From contig OZ250150.1 in NCBI GenBank assembly GCA_965237675.1, positions 2,560,001-2,624,000 on the forward strand: a stretch of DNA of 64,000 nucleotides. Direction: 5' to 3'. The DNA is from Candidatus Latescibacterota bacterium. Its GTDB lineage: Bacteria > Latescibacterota > UBA2968 > GCA-2709665. The notes beneath the pieces were generated by a model. The model did not search any database. It had not been told where the DNA came from and worked only from the letters and a program-made list of their open reading frames with translations. The translations under genes and the position numbers were made by a program. Shown here piece by piece: positions 1 to 9,640 of the stretch. Each line of letters starts with the position of its first letter. Positions within the stretch are counted from its first letter, which is position 1.

Positions 1-204
1 GAGGGCTCCGATCTGTCCGGGCTGGGTACAGGCATCAGCCTGCTTCAGAATGCGCACCTTATAGGTCCTGGTGAACCGCCGTCGCTTGGCCTTGGGTACC
101 ACCTCAGGATCCGGCACTTGATCCGCGCTGGCTGAAACCGACGGCTTGACCCCCGCTGCCTTCACCCCGTTTTGGGGCGACGTCTTTGCTGCTGTATCCA
201 ACAT
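1..204 (-). CDS. IS3-family transposase OrfA, partial (not in the ORF track)
   Basis: Manual translation gives the PDPEV..KAKRRRFT..YK.RIL..ADAC..PG.IGAL HTH motif. Confidence 0.8.
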   Translation of the reverse strand, partial: MLDTAAKTSPQNGVKAAGVKPSVSASADQVPDPEVVPKAKRRRFTRTYKVRILKQADACTQPGQIGAL

Positions 205-277
205 GGTCTCGTGCTCCTTTGCCCTCTCGATTGCTCACTGATTTACGGTGGACCGTTGTCTCGCTAATATAGGCACA
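1..277 (-). mobile_element. Left end of an IS3-family insertion sequence (runs off the window)
   Basis: Minus-strand ORF from ATG at 204, with AAAGGAG RBS, reads MLDTAAK...VPDPEVVPKAKRRRFTRTYKVRILKQADACTQPGQIGAL, typical of IS3 OrfA. Candidate terminus TGTGCCTATATTAGCGAGACA starts at ~277. Confidence 0.8.
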
Positions 278-1058
278 GAGGGTCGAGCAGAAACAGTGGC
301 GGATGATTATCAAATGACGTCAGAAAAGGCCAAAGGACAATATCGGCAATACCTGGAAGTCAGCGAGCTCTGTGAGTTGGCGATGAATATGGAGAAGGAG
401 TCAGTAAAATAAATGCCGCCCACCCCGGAACATCGTCTGACTACAAATGAAATTCGTATCAGCTAATCGGATCGAACATGCCTTCAGGGAATGAACCTTT
501 GGAAAGTTTCAAAGTAGAGGTTTCCATAGTGCCCAATCCCAGCTGGCTTGACCAAAATCTGATAAAGCGCCTACACGCCAACTCTAAGTAACCCTTGACT
601 ACCTCCGAGACCGAGAATTATGAGCGCGTCGATTGACACCAATATCGGAAATATACTCGGTTCTGCTCGTGCCGAAGTCGATTCCCGAATGCTGGATCAA
701 GCATTTCTAGAGACAAATGACTTCCGTGCGTTGAAAGACACAGACCACTTCAGCTTTGTCGTTGGGCGTCGGGGAACAGGAAAAACCGCTCTGTATCTCA
801 ACCTAATGAAAGTGTTTCAGGATGATGATAGAGTCTTCTCTCACCACTTAATGCCGGAAGAACACGATGCGCTTGCACTCTTGAGTCTCCTTCACAGATA
901 CGGCGTAGACGCTTATAATGAAATTAGGGCGACTGTACGTGTGCTTTGGCGTACATCGATGTTGATCACGGTTGCGAACGATTTATGCAGCCATTGGAAA
1001 TACGGTGCGAGCGCAGATGCGCAATGGTTAAGGAGCTATGTGGATGGAAAGAGAGGGC

Positions 1059-2483
1059 GGGATTGTGCCTATCTTAGTTGAAATAGAAGAGGCTCCGATG
1101 TAAATTGGATACGGCAGTCTCGACGAAGAAGACCGTATCCTCAACCAAAGGAGCCTGTGATGAAAAAAGTACCGTCGAACCTCCGTGAAGTCAAGTCGAA
1201 TAGGGATGCCGGGGTGACGTCTGGCGCCTTCCTGGGAGAAGCCCTGGAGGATGTTGACGTCCGTGTGGCATTGATCCAAGCGCTGATCCCGCTTGGTCTG
1301 GACGCTGTGGCAGAAATCTTGCAGCAAGAGGTTGCCGGGTTGACGGGCAAGAAACACAGTCGTAAAGCGGGCAAGACCCCGAATCGTCGGTGGGGCGCTC
1401 AACCGGGATCGGTGTATCTGTCGGATCAAAAAGTGCCCATTACGGTGCCCAGGGTGCGTGACGTGGAAGCCAATGAGGAAGTTCCTCTGGAGGTATATCA
1501 CCACTTGCAGCGACCCAGAAACATGGACGGAGGGTTGCTGCTGCGCGTGGTCAGCGGCATTGCGACGCGTTCTTACGCCAGTTGCGCAGAGGCGATACCC
1601 GAGGCGTTTGGCTTGTCTTCATCGAGTGTCTCGAGGCGGTTCATCAGGGCATCGGCGGCCAAGCTGAGACAGTTTCAAGAACGGTTTCTTTCGGGCTATG
1701 ACCTGGTGGGGCTGTTTATGGATGGCAAGACCTTTGCCGATCAGGAAATGATCATCGCCCTTGGCGTGACCATCGACGGGCACAAGATCCCGCTGGGGTT
1801 CGTGCAGGCCGCCAGCGAAAATGAGCGCGTGTGCCGCCAGTTTGTCGATTCGCTCATCGATCGCGGATTGCAGTATCACCAAGGGCTGCTTTGCCTCATC
1901 GACGGCTCAAAGGGCTTGTATAGTGCCCTCACAAAAGCCCTTTCCGGTTATGTCGCCATTCAACGCTGTCAGTGGCACAAACGGGAGAACGTGATCGCCT
2001 ATTTGCCCAAGACACAGCAGAGTGAGGTCAAGAAAGCGCTTCAAAGTGCCTACGACATGGACACCTACAAAGAAGCCAAAGCCGCGCTGTATGCCCTCAA
2101 GCCCTCCCTGACCCTGATGAATGCATCGGCCCTCAACAGCCTGGAGGAAGGGCTCGAAGAAACCCTCACCCTCCATCGCCTGGGACTGATGCCACAACTC
2201 AAGCAATCGTTTCGCACCACCAACTGCATCGAATCCCTCAACGCCATGATCGCACAGCGCACCCGTAATGTGAAACGATGGAACAACTCCGATCAGCGAT
2301 ATCGGTGGTTGGCAGCCGCGCTGTTGGATATCGAGCCCCGATTGCGGAGGATCAAAGGATACCGCTTTCTTCCCGTACTCAGACTTGCCCTACGCAATCA
2401 TCTCGCGCTCGATCATGACACGCAAAACGCTTTCGCCGCTGATTGAACGCCTCTGCTATTTCAACTAATAATAGTACTTGCCC
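1059..2483 (+). mobile_element. IS256-family insertion sequence, 1425 bp, with 8-bp target duplication GAGAGGGC
   Basis: Imperfect 35-bp terminal IRs: GGGATTGTGCCTATCTTAGTTGAAATAGAAGAGGC versus reverse complement GGGCAAGTACTATTATTAGTTGAAATAGCAGAGGC. GAGAGGGC is repeated at 1051-1058 and 2484-2491. Confidence 0.95.
1160..2446 (+). CDS. IS256-family (Mutator-type) DDE transposase
   Basis: Motifs VPRVRD, FMDGK, LIDGSKGL, QRCQWHKREN, RTTNCIESLN; AAGGAG RBS. Confidence 0.95.
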   Translation: MKKVPSNLREVKSNRDAGVTSGAFLGEALEDVDVRVALIQALIPLGLDAVAEILQQEVAGLTGKKHSRKAGKTPNRRWGAQPGSVYLSDQKVPITVPRVRDVEANEEVPLEVYHHLQRPRNMDGGLLLRVVSGIATRSYASCAEAIPEAFGLSSSSVSRRFIRASAAKLRQFQERFLSGYDLVGLFMDGKTFADQEMIIALGVTIDGHKIPLGFVQAASENERVCRQFVDSLIDRGLQYHQGLLCLIDGSKGLYSALTKALSGYVAIQRCQWHKRENVIAYLPKTQQSEVKKALQSAYDMDTYKEAKAALYALKPSLTLMNASALNSLEEGLEETLTLHRLGLMPQLKQSFRTTNCIESLNAMIAQRTRNVKRWNNSDQRYRWLAAALLDIEPRLRRIKGYRFLPVLRLALRNHLALDHDTQNAFAAD

Positions 2484-4332
2484 GAGAGGGCTGCTCAAAT
2501 ACAATGAGCTTCAGCGATGTACCGCGATTCTAGACCAGCTTTCAATCGATGACTCGTATGTACAAGAAATTCCGGGCAAGATCGCCACGACATGCGAGGT
2601 AACCAAAGTTGACGAGGAAGTGCGGCGCGGCCTGGAGGGTGTCGGAGCGAGGGCAGTTTTCTTATTCGATGGCTTGGATGAAGGGTGGGTACCGGATCCA
2701 AGACCAACGGCGGTGCTTGGTGGTCTCGCAATAGCCGTCGCGGGGTTTGGTGATAAACAAATGCACATTCATGGTGAGCTATTCATAAGAGACAATATTT
2801 TTCGTCTAATGGCTACACTTGATCGTGATTTTTCCCGGCACATTGAAGGAAGTACACTGAGGCTGAACTGGACTCAGGACAGTTTGCTTGATCTTATCGC
2901 CAATCGATTACGTGTAGTATACGGACTTCCCAAGGTAGAAAACAATATTCGTATCTGGAACCGTTTCGCTCATAAGGAACTCAAGGAAAGACGGGGCTTT
3001 CAAAGATGTTTGCAGCATACTCTTTATCGACCCCGAGATCTGTTGGTACTTTTGAACCAAGCAGCATTGCACGCAGCTCGTGAAGGACGTCAGGGAATTA
3101 TCGAGACTGACATTGAGGAGAAATCAAAGCAAATTTCATCGGATAGGTTGACGGACCTACTGAGAGAGTATGAAGGTGTCTTCCCAGGGTTAAGGCTTAT
3201 CGTGAAAAGCTTCTTCCGCGTCCAGGCATTTCGGACAATGGCTGACGTGAGGTTAAAACTTGACAGTCTAATCCAAGACGAGTCCTTCCGCGTCCCTGAA
3301 TCCAGTGATATCGCGGTGTTAGGCACAAGTTCCCATATAATTGACGCTCTCTATAGTATTGGATTCTTGGGTTTAGAAGATCAAGCAACCGGAACGATAT
3401 CATTCTGCCACGACGGTGCGCTTTCAAGCATTTCAGATGTGGCCGAGAGCCAACGAATTGCCATTCATCCATGCTACTGGAAAGCTCTTGACACTATTGA
3501 AACAAGCATTTCAACTGACGTGGTAGTGGAGATATACGACGATTATAAAACACAAGGCATTCCTCAGATGGTCGACATGCGTGCGCGAAGGCTCGGCCAG
3601 CTTGTTACTGAATTGCCCAACTATCCAGAAGGACGTGATGGCGCTCAAGACTTCGAAAAATGGGTCCTGCGAGCTTGTCAGATTCTGTTCGCCGGCAGCC
3701 TGGGCAACTTTGAACTAAATCCTGCGCCTGATGGTATTCAAAGGCGCGATGTGGTAGAAACAAATCTGGCGGAGCGGGGATTCTGGCGGCGGGTACTGAA
3801 TGACTACGCGTGTCGGCAGGTGACATTTGAAATAAAGAACTTTGCGACACTTAAGCCTGACGATTTTCGTCAGGCGCTGTCGTATAGTGGTAAGCAATAC
3901 GGAAGGCTTGTATTTATTGTTTATCGGAGTAACGCCGAAGGATTGGACAACAAGGATCGTGGATGGGTTAAAGAGATGTGGGACCGGCACGATAAATTGA
4001 TCGTGACAATTCCAAGTGCGATACTCATTCGATGCCTAAAGAAAAGCAGGAACCCCAAGAGGTTGGATTATTCTGAGCGTGCATTGAATAAGAGGATAGA
4101 TACATTCGAACGACGGTATATTGATGCGCGTCATATGCCAATCCGGCGCGGCAAGAGCCGAAAAAAGAAACGGGCAACACTATCTCAACCTGAAAAATTC
4201 AATTCATCGTGAAATCCCATTTCCGCTTTCGAGCGGATTCTCGCGGACGAAAAAAACCTGCTATCACGTGTGATGTGTGCCTACCCCCTCTCCAATGAGG
4301 TTGCGCAAGTGACGAACTAAAGGAGGTTTTCG

Positions 4333-4656
4333 ATGCCCATTGACGACCAATACGTCAAAAACCTACCGGACATCTACCGCGATGTACTGTCAAGTTTTCC
4401 GAGTTTCGATTCGACCCGCATTGCTGGCGACGGCCTGGCTTACCAATCGCTGTATTCGGCTTTGGCGGATGAAAAGAAGGGATACACCCTCGGTCAAATA
4501 AAGAAGGCATGCGAAAACATGGCTGAGGTGGGTCTTATGGTGATTAAACATAGGATATTCGCTTGCCCGACACCAAAAGGGGAAGAGTTGATTTCCGCAA
4601 TAACGGGCCGCACGACACCTGTCTCGGACATACCACCCATCGAAGCCCCGCCATAG
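4333..4656 (+). CDS. Small hypothetical protein, probable winged-helix
   Basis: Strong AGGAGG RBS; helix-helix followed by GLMVIK...PTPKGEELI, a wing-like pattern. Confidence 0.65.
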   Translation: MPIDDQYVKNLPDIYRDVLSSFPSFDSTRIAGDGLAYQSLYSALADEKKGYTLGQIKKACENMAEVGLMVIKHRIFACPTPKGEELISAITGRTTPVSDIPPIEAPP

Positions 4657-4739
4657 GTTGGTGGACACGTCCGGCGTATGGAAACTCAGCGCGTCATATA
4701 CAAACGACTGTACTATTCGACACGCAGGAGGACCCAGCA

Positions 4740-6278
4740 ATGACCACAACCCCCGGCTCAAAAAACCTCGAGTTGTCCGTGACCAACTTTGGTCCCATTG
4801 CCAGGGCAATTATTGACCTGCGCCCGCTTACAGTATTCGTAGGTCCCAGCAACACTGGCAAATCCTATATGGCCGTTCTGACTTACGCGTTACATCAGTT
4901 TTTCAATGCCGGCTCCAGTAATGCCGATTTTATCATACCCGACACGCAACTTTTAGCCGGGTGGATGCAAAGCCCAACTTTGTCGAAAAATGACATTTCA
5001 CCTATTTATAATTTGTCAAAGCAAATGTTTTTAGACTTAGAAAAAGACGTTTCAATTGATTTACCGGAGCCTATTGCAGATCTGGTGCGCAAATCTCTCG
5101 AAAATGTCCCGATATTAAGCAAAATTTTCGATAAAGAGATCACAAGATGTTTCGGGATAGATAAGGCCGAAAGTCTGATTCGCCATTCAAGTGGTGGCAG
5201 GGCTGGATTTTCATTACATGGCAATGGTTCAAAGGAAGCCGGCCGCAACCTCGCGTTTGGGTACGATTTTACAGTGACAAAGCGAGGAACTGAATTAGAT
5301 GTGTTGATTCCAAAAAATATGCCCCTGCAAATTGACCGGAAGAGTATCATAGACCCTACGTTGACCTGGTTGAACTCTGCCGAGGCAAGGAAAAAGGGCA
5401 CAGGAGAACAGTTGGTTGAAGGTGCCATGATTGGATTGCTTAGAATGCTTGCACGTGCCGTTGTTCCTGGCATCGTAGGCCCATTGAGTCGTCCGGCGTA
5501 TTATCTCCCCGCTGACCGGGCTGGCGTTATGCACGCCCATCAGGTGGCAGTGCGGGGTTTGATTGCAAGCGCCTCGCGGACCGTACTGCGCCGTGATTCT
5601 CCAATGCCAGTGATCTCCGGAGTACTCGGCGACTTTCTGGAACAGCTTGTTGCACTGGCCTCTTCTTCAGCGCGTCGGGAACCTGAAGGGGACAATGACC
5701 TCGCTCTGCGTATGGAACAGGCACTGTTGCGGGGAACTGTCCGTGTTGAACGGTCGGAAATTGAATACCCATCGTTCGTCTATCGCCCGGATGGCTGGAA
5801 TAAGGACCTGCCGCTGATGAATGCGTCTTCCATGGTATCAGAGTTGGCCCCCGTCGTGCTGTACCTGCGCCACGTCGTTCAGCCGGGCGACCTGCTTATC
5901 ATAGAAGAACCCGAGTCGCACTTGCATCCGGCGATGCAAGTGGAATTTGTCCGCCAACTCGCAGCGACGGTCAGGTCAGGCGTCCGAATCCTCATTACGA
6001 CTCACAGCGAGTGGATACTTGAAGAGTTGGCCAATCTAGTTCGGTTGTCGGAACTTTCCGCGGAGAATCGGGAGGGAATTGATTTCGCCGATTTGGAACT
6101 CTGTCCAGAAGAGATAGGCGCGTGGCTTTTCGAACGAGGACCGGAGATTGGTGGTTCAGTGGTTCGGGAAATACCGCTAGACGTTGAGTCGGGGACATTC
6201 CCAGCAGGCTTTGGGTTGATTACAGAAGGTCTCTATAACCGATGGGGCGATATTTCCAACCGCATTGGGGAAAGATAA
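4740..6278 (+). CDS. ABC-type AAA_15/AAA_21 ATPase (OLD/AbiEii/PARIS-like)
   Basis: Motifs NFGPI, Walker A GPSNTGKS, YLPADR, signature-like SSMVSE, Walker B IIEEPESHLHP, ITTHS; GGAGG RBS before ATG 4740. Confidence 0.9.
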   Translation: MTTTPGSKNLELSVTNFGPIARAIIDLRPLTVFVGPSNTGKSYMAVLTYALHQFFNAGSSNADFIIPDTQLLAGWMQSPTLSKNDISPIYNLSKQMFLDLEKDVSIDLPEPIADLVRKSLENVPILSKIFDKEITRCFGIDKAESLIRHSSGGRAGFSLHGNGSKEAGRNLAFGYDFTVTKRGTELDVLIPKNMPLQIDRKSIIDPTLTWLNSAEARKKGTGEQLVEGAMIGLLRMLARAVVPGIVGPLSRPAYYLPADRAGVMHAHQVAVRGLIASASRTVLRRDSPMPVISGVLGDFLEQLVALASSSARREPEGDNDLALRMEQALLRGTVRVERSEIEYPSFVYRPDGWNKDLPLMNASSMVSELAPVVLYLRHVVQPGDLLIIEEPESHLHPAMQVEFVRQLAATVRSGVRILITTHSEWILEELANLVRLSELSAENREGIDFADLELCPEEIGAWLFERGPEIGGSVVREIPLDVESGTFPAGFGLITEGLYNRWGDISNRIGER

Positions 6279-6760
6279 TGCCAGCGACGGTCGTAGAATC
6301 GGTCCGGCGAAAAACTGATCCGCAATGTCACGCGGCAACGTGCAGAGAAGGTAAATGCTCGCTATCGCTGCGGGAAGTACCAGAGCCGAACGTGCTAATC
6401 AGTTTGGAACACGAAGCGGCGCCGGTTGAAACAAATAAACCACGTTGCGACTATTTGTTCGTGGCTGACAACGACGAAGATGATCGGCCGTGGGTTGCGC
6501 CAATAGAACTAACCGGAAGCAAAGCTGACTTTTCCAAGTTTTGGCCACAATTAGACGCCGGCGCCGCTATCGCAGACCAATTACTACCGCAGCAACTCAT
6601 GGCTGTAAGGTTTCGACCTATTGCAGTTCACAATGGCATTCACCGGAATGAAGTCAACAAATTTCGGGATTCTCGCAACAAGGTTCGATTTCGAGACAGA
6701 ACTGTGTCAATTGAACTGACGCGTTGTGGCTCGCCATTGGCAAAAGCATTGAGCGGATGA
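6278..6760 (+). CDS. Hypothetical protein, PD-(D/E)xK nuclease-like ATPase partner
   Basis: TAATG stop/start overlap with the ATPase; RCDYLFV...APIELTGS...WPQL motif. Confidence 0.7.
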   Translation: MPATVVESVRRKTDPQCHAATCREGKCSLSLREVPEPNVLISLEHEAAPVETNKPRCDYLFVADNDEDDRPWVAPIELTGSKADFSKFWPQLDAGAAIADQLLPQQLMAVRFRPIAVHNGIHRNEVNKFRDSRNKVRFRDRTVSIELTRCGSPLAKALSG

Positions 6761-6839
6761 ACAAAGCCTTCGAGAACGATATTCAAGGAAATTTAGAGAA
6801 GGCGTCCGCTATACAACGCATTCATGGAGACACGATACG

Positions 6840-7106
6840 ATGAAGAGAACGTTGACCATCGACTACGGCGATGAGGTCCTGCTGGCCTTGGGATATTCAC
6901 CCAGGCAGTTCAGCGAAGAGGCCAGGATCCTCGTCGCCGTCAAGCTCTACGAGTTGGGACGGTTGTCCTCGGGGGCGGCAGCCAAGCTGGCAGACATTCT
7001 CAAACCATTGTTTCTGATAAAGTTAGCTGACTATGGTGTTGATGCCTTCCATCTGACCGAGGAAGACATCGAACAGGACTTGGCCAGTGCCCGACGTCAT
7101 TTGTGA
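6840..7106 (+). CDS. UPF0175-family antitoxin-like protein
   Basis: AVKLYELGRLSSGAAAKLA...FL.KLADYGV is the UPF0175 signature. Confidence 0.9.
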   Translation: MKRTLTIDYGDEVLLALGYSPRQFSEEARILVAVKLYELGRLSSGAAAKLADILKPLFLIKLADYGVDAFHLTEEDIEQDLASARRHL

Positions 7107-7262
7107 TACTTCTCCTATCCAGTACCTGCACCAGGGCGACGTGATCCCATCGTCGGACGCCAGGACGAGGCCGCCTTCGGCCGTTACCTCATCCGCAAGA
7201 TGATTTTGGCATACATGAACGCCCTCTCGGCAGCGGATACGGAGACGCTGGTGGACGTGTGC
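7087..7262 (+). pseudogene. Chimeric remnant: N-terminus of a DUF3368 PIN toxin joined to the C-terminus of a type IIG (Eco57I-like) R-M protein
   Basis: GTG 7087 reads VPDVICDTSPIQYLHQ and then breaks. A different frame from ~7146 reads IVGRQDEAAFGRYLIRKMILAYMNALSAADTETLVDV. Confidence 0.65.
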
Positions 7263-7385
7263 CTGCGCTCCGTGCCAATATATAGTGAGGTTTTGTTTTC
7301 GCGTTCTTCAGGCAGCTGAGCTCCTGAAAGTCCGTCAGCAGCTCGATTCCAGGGTCTCGGCCCGAATCTCGGCGTCGACAATTGA

Positions 7386-7424
7386 AAAAGCCGCCCATCA
7401 TTAACGTGGACGGCTTTTGTTTTT
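7386..7424. terminator. Probable bidirectional intrinsic terminator
   Basis: AAAAGCCG.CCA...TGG.CGGCTTTT followed by GTTTTT, between convergent genes. Confidence 0.6.
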
Positions 7425-7508
7425 CCCGGGCCGCGCTCTGAATGAGTTTTTCTCTTTTCCTATAACTCCGTGATTACCCCTGTTTTCTTGCAGGATGGTC
7501 TTCGCGCT

Positions 7509-8450
7509 TCACGGCGTCTGAGCCCCGATTGTTTCGACGTAGACCGAGAACAGCGACTGGGAGCAGGTCATGAACAGCCTGTTCTTTTTTGCGCCGCCGA
7601 AGCAGAGGTTCGCGCAGGGCGCCGGGAGGTGGATTTTCCCGATGAGGGTGCCGTCCGGTGCGAAGCAGTGCACGCCGTCGTACCCATCTCCGGCCCAGCA
7701 GGCCCCCGCCCACAGGTTGCCGTCCACGTCGGTGCGGATCCCGTCCGCCGAGGCGGGTTCCATGTTGATGAAGACGCGGCCATTTGCGAGGCGGTCGCCA
7801 TCGACGTCGAAAACACGGATGTGGGTGGGGTATTCGGGCCCATCGGAGCGTCCGGTGTCGACAATGTAGAGCAGGGACTCATCGGGGTTGAAACAGAGCC
7901 CGTTCGGCCGCCGGAAGTCTCCCGCCACCACGGTGGCTTCCCCGGTGTCCGGATCGAGACGGTACACGTTGGCGGCGTTTTCGAATTCGGCCCGATGCCC
8001 TTCGTAGTTGATCAGAATGCCGTAACCGGGGTCCGTGAACCAGATCGATCCATCCGACTTGACCACGACGTCGTTCGGCGCATTCAGCGGCCTGCCCTCA
8101 AACCGGTCCATCAATACCGTGTTCGAACCGTCGTATTCCGTCCGGGTCACGCGGCGGGTGTCGTGTTCGCACGAAACCAGCCGTCCCTGGCGATCGCGGG
8201 TATTGCCATTGGTATTGTTCGACGGTTTGCGAAAGGCCGAGACGTCTCCCGTCTCTTCTTCCCATTTGAGGATGCGGTTATTGGGGATGTCGCTGAAAAG
8301 CAGATAGCGGCCGTCTCCAAACCATACCGGACCTTCGAGCCAGCGGCCGCCGGTCCAGAGCATTTCGACGGCGGCGTTCGCCAGTTTGTACTTTGCAAAG
8401 CGGTCGTCGAGTACCTCAATCCGGCTGTCGGGATATCTCACAAGTTCCAT
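7509..8450 (-). CDS. SMP-30/gluconolactonase/LRE family protein
   Basis: Motifs WLEGPVW, LLFSDIPNNRI, LNAPNDVVV, PNGLCF, ADGIRTDVDGNLW; likely start MELVRYPD. Confidence 0.93.
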   Translation of the reverse strand: MELVRYPDSRIEVLDDRFAKYKLANAAVEMLWTGGRWLEGPVWFGDGRYLLFSDIPNNRILKWEEETGDVSAFRKPSNNTNGNTRDRQGRLVSCEHDTRRVTRTEYDGSNTVLMDRFEGRPLNAPNDVVVKSDGSIWFTDPGYGILINYEGHRAEFENAANVYRLDPDTGEATVVAGDFRRPNGLCFNPDESLLYIVDTGRSDGPEYPTHIRVFDVDGDRLANGRVFINMEPASADGIRTDVDGNLWAGACWAGDGYDGVHCFAPDGTLIGKIHLPAPCANLCFGGAKKNRLFMTCSQSLFSVYVETIGAQTP

Positions 8451-8559
8451 ATTTTCGCCCCTGTCACGACAATCTCTCATGTAATAGCCTCTGTTCACCG
8501 CGCAAGCGCGCAGGTTGCCGCCAGCTTGATCCGCCGGCCCTTCGGATTGTGCGTCAGGC

Positions 8560-8980
8560 CGTCGAACCCCCAAGTCCTGACGCCGGGCCAGTTGATCAGA
8601 TCGATCCGCACACGCTCGATGTCCCCCGGAACGCAGGAACCGTCCGTGACATTGTCTGGACATGAGATGCGGTCCCACACCGCGTTCAATTTCCTCGCGT
8701 CGCCGTTATAACCTTCTCCGTAGAGGCGCACGACGTCGTTCTGTGGCAGTGTGGCGATCACGTTTTTGAAATCGTAACGCCAGAAGTCGAAGGTCACGTC
8801 GACGTCCGGGTCTGCAATCAGCACCACACCCACGTTATAGGTAAGCGCCTCCTCGGGTTTGAGGTCGGCGTTTCCACAAGCATCGATGGCCTTGTACACG
8901 CCTACCGGGTCTATGTATTCCAATGTCGTGCGTACATCCGTGTTCAAATCGTCCACCGACGGGGTGCGACAAGGTTGTCT
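8560..8980 (-). pseudogene. Internal fragment of a TonB-dependent receptor
   Basis: RTPSVDDL...GNADLKPEEALTYNVGVV...TFDFWRYDFKNVI...INWPGVRTWGFD are beta-barrel motifs; there is no plug domain and no C-terminal Phe. Confidence 0.7.
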
Positions 8981-9250
8981 GAACCGAGCCGCGCATACGA
9001 GCAATGGAAGATACCTTCCGCGGAAGTCCATGGGAAATCCGCGTTTCAATGTCTCGGGCCTGACCATGCGGCGGCCCGTCCTCTCCGCCAGGGTTTTACA
9101 AGGCCGGAAAGACGACAATCGCCATGAGCATTGCATCACGACAAATAGCAGCGTCGGCGCCGGTTTGTCAATGGGTTTTGCCCGTTGACGCCCCCCGGAT
9201 ACCCATCCCGCGTGCCCGTGTAGGGACGGTGTCCGGAAACCCACCGCGCC

Positions 9251-9279
9251 TTGACAAGCCCCGTGACGCCCCTTATATT
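9251..9279 (+). promoter_or_regulatory. sigma70-type promoter
   Basis: TTGACA-N17-TATATT. Confidence 0.6.
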
Positions 9280-9640
9280 CCAGATAAAACCCCTGGTGAT
9301 CAGACCCGAGGAACGGCCCGTGGAATGGAATTACGCGTTGATTGTTGGACTGATCGTGGGAGGTGCGGCGTGTTGGGCGGTGCAGAGCTTCCTTTCCAGG
9401 GCTCGGATGACCGTCCCGACCTGACGGTGCGGTTCGCCCAACGGGTTACCGATAACGAGGACAACTTTCTTCAAGTCCCGGCTATATATAAACAGGTTTC
9501 AACTTCCCGGTATCGGGGGACTGCTGCCGCAGACCTGCAAGCCAAGAAATAGTTCCCGCCTGCCCGTTGACGCCTCACGGGATCCACGGCCGAGACAAGG
9601 GCGAATCATTCGATGCAGATCGGGCGGCTTCATCATTGAT

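Larger units (their letters stand above)
620..4212 (+). pseudogene. P-loop ATPase (Sll1717/FunZ-like) with C-terminal PD-(D/E)xK restriction-endonuclease-like domain, interrupted by IS256
   Basis: Joining 620-1058 to 2492-4212 restores one 719-aa frame (YVDGKRG|LLKYNELQ). Motifs: Walker A GRRGTGKT, Walker B VFLFDGLDE, C-terminal FEKWV...RRDVV...FEIKN. Confidence 0.85.

Noticed and set aside
2443-2491. Start of the 589-aa ORF at 2443
   Set aside because: It lies inside the IS256 right end; the ORF is the 3' part of the gene starting at 620.
4563-4739. Upstream extensions of ORFs (also 8451-8678, 16689-16787, 42254-42355, 46035-46142, 53543-53599)
   Set aside because: Downstream ATGs have better RBS or match where the domain begins.
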